This document shows positions 55,630 through 64,000 of a stretch of DNA of 64,000 nucleotides, piece after piece; the first letter of the stretch is position 1; each line of letters begins with the position of its first letter. The stretch comes from Eledone cirrhosa (taxonomy: Eukaryota). Location of the stretch: NCBI GenBank assembly GCA_964016885.1, contig OZ024740.1, positions 17,546,001 to 17,610,000 on the forward strand, read 5' to 3'. A model generated the notes under the pieces. That model did not search any database. It was given only the letters and a program-made list of their open reading frames with translations, and was not told the origin of the DNA. The translations under genes were made by a program, and so were the position numbers.

Positions 55630-57140
55630 CTGGAAAGACCAATTGTTTGGGGTGGGTGGTTGGAGAGAAGTCAGGCTTGAGAGGAGGTGGAGTGTGGAGG
55701 AATATACAAGAAAGGACTCTAAAGCTAGATAATTCCAGCTCAATGGCAGGAATATGAAGAAAGATGAAGACATGGCAAGGGGGGGGGGGGAATTTTCCTA
55801 GCCAAAGATTATATAGATATTTTGTGGTGTGAGTGTAGATCAGAGAGCTGCTACTTCTCTGAATTGATAGATCACAGCTCTGATACTATGGACAGGTGCT
55901 TAGAATGTCTCAGGAGAGAATCGCTTGACAGACTTTATGGGCAAAACCAACTGGCAGGAGACCCAGGGGTAGTTGACCCTGACCCTTACTTTATTAACTG
56001 TCTAATCAGGGAAGGAAGGACAGTGTCCATGACTATTTTCAGGGCCTCCTATATGAGTGTGAAGGGATGTATCCCAGAAACCTGACCCAAATAAGTGGAG
56101 TCAGTTAAAGGGATCCAAGTAGCAGGTGAAAGTATTAAGCTAGACAACAAATTAAGTCCACTACTCAACTAAGCCACAGCAGTGTCTAAATTCAGAATGT
56201 AAAGGGCAGAAACTAATACCACAAGGTATTTTGTCTGACATTAATAATTCTGTCAACTTTAACCCTTTAGTATTTAAACCGGCCAGAACTCTTTAACCTC
56301 TTTCTATTTTCTGGCATCAAAGATGCCACATTAACTCTTGTAATGGGGAGAGGAGGGGGCACCAGCGATGGCCGTAGCAATTTATTTGTGCCCTCAGTTG
56401 GGCTTTTTAGTTTTAGGGTGGTTAGAATTTTTTGAATTTAATACCTGTATGTATAACTTTTAAATTCCAATTACTTGTACCAAGCTAACTTTGATATGTA
56501 AAATTGCGGAGTTTGCTGTGTATTCTAATTTTTTCTGTGTACCCCCCCCCCCCCCCACCTGAAGTGCCCAGGGCCCCTCAAGGTCTAAATCCAACCCTAC
56601 CTATAGTTTATATCTATCATTATATCCATCATGCACTTCACTGTTCTTTGGAATTCAACACAACACTGCCAACAACATTACGTTATCCCAACGGCCATTT
56701 TACCTTAATGAATGTGTCATTATATTTAGTTTTAAATTATATCTTATTTTCTTTCATCCCCTCATTATATTCTCTATTTACTAACTTCTAACCTTTATAA
56801 ATTTGGCATAATTCCATATAAGGTTCTCTAACTAAATCTAAAAAATGACTGACTGAAGACACACGTGTTTTTTTCTCATTATTTTCCCCGTTTCTTCTTC
56901 CTCTTCTCACTCTTTATATTTATATTTTATCCTATTTCTAATTCTGTTTTCTGATGAAGGACTGGTGTCCAAAACATTAAGACCCTTGTCCTGTTATTTC
57001 AAGCATAAAACTAATATATTTCTTCAATGTAATGTGTTGTTTGCTTTGTTATTTCTGTTTACTTTTTACATACTGTAACTAAATACTGCAAAGTATTTTG
57101 TCTCCCATTCTAATGATTTTCCCAGCTTAATAATAATAAT

Positions 57141-57345
57141 AATGGTTTCTTATATAGGCACAAGGCCAGTAATTTGGGGAAAGGGGAAAGTTGATTAAAT
57201 CGATCCCAATGCATTACTAGTATTTTCATTTATTGACCCCGTAAGGATGAAAGGCAAAACTAACCTTGGCCGGATTTGAACTCAGATCGTAAAGAGACGT
57301 AACTATGTTGCAAAGCTCTACTGATACTGCCAAACCACCACCCTC
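57141..57345 (-). mobile_element. SINE family A copy
   Basis: Reverse complement of the consensus, flanked by (AAT)n. Confidence 0.78.
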
Positions 57346-57535
57346 AATAATAATAATAATAATAATAATTTAAGCACAAGGGAGTCAAGTGTATTCCAGT
57401 ACTTAACTCGTATTTATTTTATTGACCTCAGAATGATGAAAATCAAACTTTATATCAAGATTTGAAATAAGAATATAAAAATACAGAACAAATACTGCAT
57501 GGGAAGTATGTCTTTTGATGTTCAATAGTAAACAG

Positions 57536-57575
<40 letters not shown>

Positions 57576-57577
<2 letters not shown>

Positions 57578-57868
57578 TCATTTTACGTCCGCTCCCTGCT
57601 TGCAAGGGTGGAAACTGATTTTGGCTTGATTTCTACAGCTGGATGCCCTTCCTAACACCAACCTCATTTACAGTGAATGCTGGGTGCTTTTTTGCCATGG
57701 CCCCTCCACGACCACTTTGCAGTGGAATGACCCCAGTCCCTATCATCTCATTTCTACAGCTGAGTAAACTGGAGCAATGTGAAATAAAGTGTCTTGCTCA
57801 AGGAAACAACACATCACTCGGCCTGAGAATTGAACTCACAACCTTTCGATTGCAAGGCCAATGCTCTA
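57576..57868 (-). mobile_element. SINE family B copy with its head replaced by an inverted duplication
   Basis: Matches the consensus up to 57868, then folds back. Confidence 0.8.
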
Positions 57869-57959
57869 CAATCGAAAGGTTGTGAGTTCAATACTCAGTA
57901 TATATAAAGAGGTTTTACGAGGAAATTGAAATTAAACTGGAACAATAGCAAACAAAAAA

Positions 57960-58810
57960 TATCAGCAGCAACAACAACAGCAATAGTGACAACAACAGCA
58001 ACAGTGACACAACAACAGCAACAACAACAACAACAGTGACAACAACAGCAACAGTAACAGCAACAACAGCAACAGTGACACCAACAGTCACAACAACAGC
58101 AACAACAACAACAGTAATAGTGACAACAACAATAACAACAACAGCAACAACAACAGTGATAATTTCTTACATCTACACAAGACCAGAAATTTGAGAGGGG
58201 GGAGAGGGGGTTGATTAACTTGATTGATACTTGATTTTGTTGAGACAATTTGTAGAGAAAATGATGAATGGTTGAAATTGAGGGCAGTTTGAGGTGACAT
58301 AAAAACAGATTGTCAGGACATGAAAAGGAAGACAGAGGTGACAAATCTGGGCAGATTGTGGTCATGTGAGAAGGTAGACTGGGGTGATGTGAGAGGGTAT
58401 ACTGGGGTCATGTGAGAGGGTAGACTGGGGTGATGTGAGAGGGTAGATTGTGGTGATGTGGTAGACTGAGGTGATGTGAGAGGAGAGACTGGGGTGATGT
58501 GAGAGGGTAGATTGTGGTGATGTGAGAGGGTAGATTGTGGTGATGTGGTAGACTGAGGTGATGTGAGAGGAGAGACTGGGGTGATGTGAGAGGGTAGACT
58601 GGGGTGATGTGAGAGGGTAGACTGGGGTGATGTGAGAGGGTAGATTGTGGTGATGTGGTAGACGGAGGTGATGTGAGAGGAGAGACTGGGGTGATGTGTG
58701 AAGGCTCATGTGGGGGTAGAATGAAATGACACATAAGAGGGCAGATTGTGGTGATGTGAGGTGGTAGACTGGAGTGATGTGAGAGGGGAGATTGTGGTGA
58801 TGTGTGAAGG
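57960..58810. repeat. (CAA/CAG)n tract followed by a ~24-bp GTGATGTGAGAGGGTAGACTGGG minisatellite
   Basis: Directly visible. Confidence 0.9.
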
Positions 58811-60353
58811 AAATTTATGAAAGTTTGATGTTAAAAGATAATTATAAAAAATAAGTTTAACCAAGTGAAAATGTAGGACAGTTCTGAATTATATGTAAGG
58901 AGAGTTGAAGAGATTTAAGTGGCAATTGAAGACATGTGAGAACAAAGTTGAACATTAGTTTGAAAGCCAAGGTTAATATGTTAGAATAGTGAAAGAATTA
59001 GGTGAGAATTGAAAGAAATTCAAGATATTAGGTTTGTTAAGAGGAATTTAAACAAACAGCACCAAAAGTAATTAAATAAAAGCCACAGTATGGAATTCAA
59101 CATATGGTATTAATGGTTTGTCTTTTTACTGCAGATCCTATGATGTCTTATAGTCTAACCAGCATTTAAACCAGCCATATCCAGCCAGAATTCTCTCACA
59201 TCTTTCTGTGCAAACTGGCCATAACCAGCTGTTTATACTTATGTTAAGATATTGTTCTCAAAATAAATAATATCAAAATCTCATAGATTCGATATTATAT
59301 GAGATAATTATGTGAGATAAAGCCTTTACCATGAAAATACAATAGTAAATATAGAGTAATGTAAATACTAAAGGGTTAAAGAAAGAAATGTGTGTATGTA
59401 AGGTACACATCTTATCTTGTCTCAGGCCACTTGGCTGCCAAAACAGTTCCACTTCTACTACACAACTGAATGGCTAGAAGTAGGAAAAAAAAAAAATGTA
59501 TCCAGCTATAAAGACAAATTATTTTAATACTGGGATGAACATTGCTAGAAATTGCAACCATATCTTCCTCAAATTCCATTCTAGTACCTTTAAAAATATG
59601 ACGTTGGGTAATAGAGTATTGGTTATACTATATCTGTAAATAAAGATGGCCGAGTCATGACTTGAACATATTCCATCATAAAATGATCAATGAAATGGGG
59701 GCTAAACTACAATAACCACTACAATAAAGTAGCATCTGTGTAGTTACTTGACCAGTGGTAACACTCCAGATCAGTTGTGATTTTCCAGATTAGTTATGAA
59801 CCCACTTCCCCAATACCCAGGGCAGCCATGATGATCAAGATCAGTTATGAGACCTAACTAAGACATCCCCAGAACAGCTGGCCCCACTTCTGGGTCAGCT
59901 AATACCAGACCATCTTTGAGTCAAATAAAATCAGAACTCTCCGGAAAAAGCTATGACCTGCCCTCCCTTGGGTCAGTTATGACCAGATCTCCTCTGGGTC
60001 AAATAAAATCAGACGTCCTGTGGGTCCTCTTTTACCAGACATCCCTTGGACCCATTTTGACCAAACCTCTCCTGGGCCAACTAAGAGCAAACCTTCCCTG
60101 GGTCAGCAACAACCAGACCTCCCCTGGGCCAGCTATGACCAAATCTCCCATGAGTCAACTGTGACCCCTGTCCCAAGTCAGCTATAATCCTCAATGAAAA
60201 TGCTTCAATATATTTCCAAAATAAAAAAGACAAATATACTTCCTATTTCATTGAAATTTTCCAAATATTTGACCCTAGAAATAACTGTTAGTGCCATTTG
60301 TTTGTTGTAAAAGGTGGGGAAATGAAATGGTGCCGTCCAAAGTTGATACTTAC

Positions 60354-60761
60354 CATTTATTGGAAGAGGGACACCAGTGGCAGCCAGAGACGCAGAGTCT
60401 TCGGTAATGCCAACATTCTTGTCAACTCTATCATATTCCTCCATTACAGTTATGGGGCTTGGGATATTGGACGGTGGACCAGAGGGTGGTGGTGTGAGGG
60501 GAGGTGGCGGTGCAATGAAGGAACAAGGACGCTGCACTTTACTCAGCTCTTCTAAACTATCAGACAGGTCTGTTGCATCTATGGTGAAAGCATCAGTAGA
60601 GTGCATCACATCATCAGTGCCATTTACTAAAGTGGAGCATGCATCTGGTGCAGGACTGTCATCATCAAAGTCAGGTAAGTCAATGCCTTCAAGATTCTTC
60701 TCATCGTCGTTGAAGCTAAATTTTAGATCTGAAGGCATTGTGGGATCCTTGGATGAGGAGC
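60354..60761 (-). CDS. Internal coding exon (408 bp, phase 1-1); acidic segment plus Pro-rich RPCSFIAPPPPLTPPPSGPP
   Basis: Acceptor cttcccctatttccAG|GC, donor AATG|GTaagt; ORF 60205-60738; protein-like composition. Confidence 0.88.
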
Positions 60762-61198
60762 CTGGAAATAGGGGAAGTTAGTGTTGAACAAGAGACACAA
60801 GACATAAAAGAGAAGCAGTGAAGGGCAGGGTAGGAGAGATAAGAATACAATAAATAGACAGACAAGTGCAGGGTTTCCTAATCTGTTGTGTTTATCCCAT
60901 AATATTTCTAAGTAAATTTATTCCCAATGTTTTGTTCAGTAGTTTATAACCAATGACAAAGGGGAAATTTTGAAATAGAGATGAGTAAAAAGAATGACAA
61001 ATGTTCAGTCATGTTGACACCTTTCTCCCTACTTTGTCATTTATTTCTGGAAGAATTACACTGCTACATTGGTAACATGGTAATTAATCTGTATCAAATA
61101 CAGATCATTAAGCCAAAAATAGAAGAAACAACAAATTAGGATAATAAACAAGCATCAGTTTGTTTTAATTATAATTGAAATATATATATATATATATT

Positions 61199-61305
61199 TA
61201 ATATAGAAAAGGCTTCTACAGGACTAGAACTGTTTCATTCAGGGCTTCCTGATGATTTCTCCCGAATGAAACAGTTCTAGTCCTGTAGAAGCCATTTCTA
61301 TATTA
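61199..61305. repeat. 42-bp inverted repeat enclosing a CTGATGA...GAAAC core (Penelope pLTR-like)
   Basis: Arms 61199-61240 and 61264-61305 differ by one base; collapsed relative at 20641-20760. Confidence 0.8.
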
Positions 61306-61834
61306 TATTTATACTCTGCTTTGTATTGAGTACCTCACTTACTGTGGTTACCCCTGATTGAACCCAGGATAAACTTATATATATATATATAATCAGAAAA
61401 TTTAGCCCATGAGGGTAAATTTACCCTAGGTTGGGAACCCCTGGGCAAGTGGATATAGCTTTATGTCTATGTGTGTTGATGTCTCTGTTTATCTGGATAG
61501 ACAATGGATACACTTGATTAAGAATTCAGAAGTGTGTAAGCGTGTATGTATGCCAATTTCTCAGTCTAGGTAGACAATGTACCTGAGGACTCAGAAGCAA
61601 TGTTGCTCATAACTCAACAAGACAATCTCTGAGCACATCCTTGGCACAGCTGCTGCACATCAATGCTAATAACTATGTTTAGGCTGTTGATGGTGTAGCT
61701 CTTCCTTCAACAGATTTGCTTCACCTCGGCAATGGGTGATACCTCTACATACATCACTTCACCAAGCTAGTTACAACAAATTGCTATCCTTATCATTTGG
61801 GCTTAACAGTGTTGGTAAGCTTTCTACAATTTCC

Positions 61835-62985
61835 ATCTACTAAATTCACTGACAAGGAAATGGTTGGCTCAAGGTTATAGTAGAAGACACTGTTAGTTCA
61901 AGGTTACATACAGTGAGTTAGAACCCCTGTACTAAATTTACTCACAAGCAATGGTTGGTTCAACACTGCTGGTTCAAGGTGACATACAGTGAGTTAGAAC
62001 CCCTCTACTAAATTTACTCACAACAATGGTTGGTTCAACACTGCTGGTTCAAGGTGACATACAGTGAGTTAGAACCCCTGTACTAAATTTACTCACAACA
62101 ATGGTTGGTTCAACACTGCTGGTTCAAGGTGACATACAGTGAGTTAGAACCCCTCTACTAAATTTACTCACAAGCAATGGTTGGTTCAACACTGCTGGTT
62201 CAAGGTGACATACAGTGAGTTAGAACCCCTGTACTAAATTTACTCACAACAATGGTTGGTTCAACACTGCTGGTTCAAGGTGACATACAGTGAGTTAGAA
62301 CCCCTCTACTAAATTTACTCACAAGCAATGGTTGGTTCAACACTGCTGGTTCAAGGTGACATACAGTGAGTTAGAACCCCTGTACTAAATTTACTCACAA
62401 CAATGGTTGGTTCAACACTGCTGGTTCAAGGTGACATACAGTGAGTTAGAACCCCTCTACTAAATTTACTCACAAGCAATGGTTGGTTCAACACTGCTGG
62501 TTCAAGGTTACATGCAGTGAGTTAGAACCCCTGTACTAAATTTACTCACAAGCAACGGTTGGTTCAACACTGCTGGTTCAAGGTGACATACAGTGAGTTA
62601 GAACCCCTGTACTAAATTTACTCACAAGCAATGGTTGGTTCAACACTGCTGATTCAAGGTGACATACAGTGAGTTAGAACCCCTGTACTAAATTTACTCA
62701 CAAGCAATGGTTGGTTCAACACTGCTGGTTCAAGGTGACATACAGTGAGTTAGAACCCCTGTACTAAATTTACTCACAAGCAACGGTTGGTTCAACACTG
62801 CTGGTTCAAGGTGACATACAGTGAGTTAGAACCCCTGTACTAAATTTACTCACAAGCAATGGTTGGTTCAACACTGCTGGTTCAAGGTGACATACAGTGA
62901 GTTAGAACCCCTCTACTAAATTCACTGACAAGGCAATTGTTGGCTCAAGGTTATAGTAGAAGACTTTACTGGTTGAAGGTGACAG
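61835..62985. repeat. 75-76-bp minisatellite, ~14 copies, intronic
   Basis: GAACCCCT(G/C)TACTAAATTTACTCACAA(G)CAATGG... recurring every 75-76 bp. Confidence 0.95.
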
Positions 62986-63245
62986 AGCCTAAAATCCTAT
63001 GGCTACAAAGCAAACATTTTTACCACACATCCATTCATATACAGTTATTGCCACAAAAGAAACATCAAGTGTAGGAAACATGCAATAAGTGAAATAGCAA
63101 TTCGTTCTTAGAATAGTGACACACAGAAGTTGGAAGATGTGCTTTACAACTCTCCAATTTTGCAGAGCTTGGGATTTTTAAGTGGTGGATACAAAAATAA
63201 AATGGAAAGCTGGCATAAGAAGACAATAACAACAACTCTTCCTAC

Positions 63246-63425
63246 CTGTCTTGATGGTAATCAATGGAGTATTGCAGTGCTCATTGCTGGGAGATTGGGG
63301 ATCCAGTGAAGAGGCAGATGAAGAGTAGGATGTGTCATATGGGTTGTGGCTTTGGGAACTATTTGTGCTCGATGAAATCAAGTTTCTTTGACGAGCTGAG
63401 AGGCTTGGAATAACTTGAGGTCCTC
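63246..63425 (-). CDS. Internal coding exon (180 bp, phase 1-1) of the WH2-motif gene; Ser-rich GGPQVIPSLSARQRNLISSSTN...PLITIKT
   Basis: Acceptor tttggatttacttAG|GA and donor ACAG|GTagg on the minus strand; open frame; phase matches the next exon. Confidence 0.7.
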
Positions 63426-63869
63426 CTAAGTAAATCCAAAACACACACTTGTACTGTTATCATTTGTTATAGTATATTTTGCATACACTTGGTACTTATA
63501 TATACTTAGGTAGTTTGAGTTAGTAGCAAGCTGGAAGAAGTGTTTGACTCTTTCAGGAATAAGAGGGCAAAGAAGAAAAAGAGTTAGTAGCAGTAGTCTT
63601 GGCTAAAGGGCCACCGCTTTGTGTGTGTCTAAGACATAGTGTTTGAATTGACCACAGGCTCTTTGTGTGTGTCTAAGACATAGTGTTTGAATTGACCACA
63701 GGCTCTTTGGATACATTGTCTTTAATGGTTTAATCAAAAGAAGAAGGGCAACACTTATGACCCTTTTTAGGGGGCTTTGAGACAATTGGTAGGGAGAGGA
63801 AGGTGTCCTAGACTGAATGCTAGAAAAAGAGTTGACACCACTAAAGGTAATAAAGGACCAAGTGGTGCT

Positions 63870-64000
63870 GTTAAACTGGGAGATGGTAGAGTCTACCACC
63901 CTAGGGGTAGATGTTAAACTGGGAGATGGTAGAGTTTACCACTCAAGGGGTAGATATTAAACTGGGAGATGGTAGAGTCTACCACCCTAGGGGTAGATGT
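63870..64000. repeat. 44-bp tandem repeat running off the window end
   Basis: GTTAAACTGGGAGATGGTAGAGTCTACCACCCTAGGGGTAGAT x3. Confidence 0.9.

Noticed and set aside
57895-58734. Cys-rich and Ser/His/Pro-rich ORFs on the gene strand
   Set aside because: Translations of (TTG/CTG)n and a ~24-bp minisatellite; no convincing splice sites
61582-61760. Possible extra minus-strand exon with a CAG|GTAC donor
   Set aside because: All three frames contain stops downstream of the candidate acceptor

Overview
AT-rich, repeat-dense eukaryotic (animal) genomic DNA; the mix of RTE/CR1 LINEs, tRNA-derived SINEs, TTAA MITEs and abundant (TA)n/(CA)n/(CAT)n microsatellites suggests an octopus or other coleoid cephalopod (inference). 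One host gene is supported: the 3' part of a minus-strand, multi-exon gene. It has three phase-1 exons (63246-63425, 60354-60761, 55447-55629), a giant exon (47744 to at least 50984, acceptor lost in a 200-N gap), a 33-bp stop-containing microexon (47132-47164) and a probable terminal exon starting at 46311. The product has acidic/Pro-rich segments, about 27 tandem Trp-containing helical repeats (E-Q-x-x-L-x-x-Q-I-x-L-W-Q-x-x-L), a poly-Pro region and a C-terminal WH2-like actin-binding motif whose end could be switched by splicing. A single in-frame TAG interrupts the giant exon (compensating indels or A-to-I stop recoding). The rest is transposon debris (DD37D mariner, RTE with PHD-like finger, CR1/L2, CRE-like RLE remnant, SINEs, piggyBac-like MITEs), long minisatellites (7 kb, 2 kb, 1.5 kb, 1.1 kb) and many fold-back hairpins, some with hammerhead-ribozyme-like cores. 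No prokaryotic features, rRNA or true tRNA genes were found.
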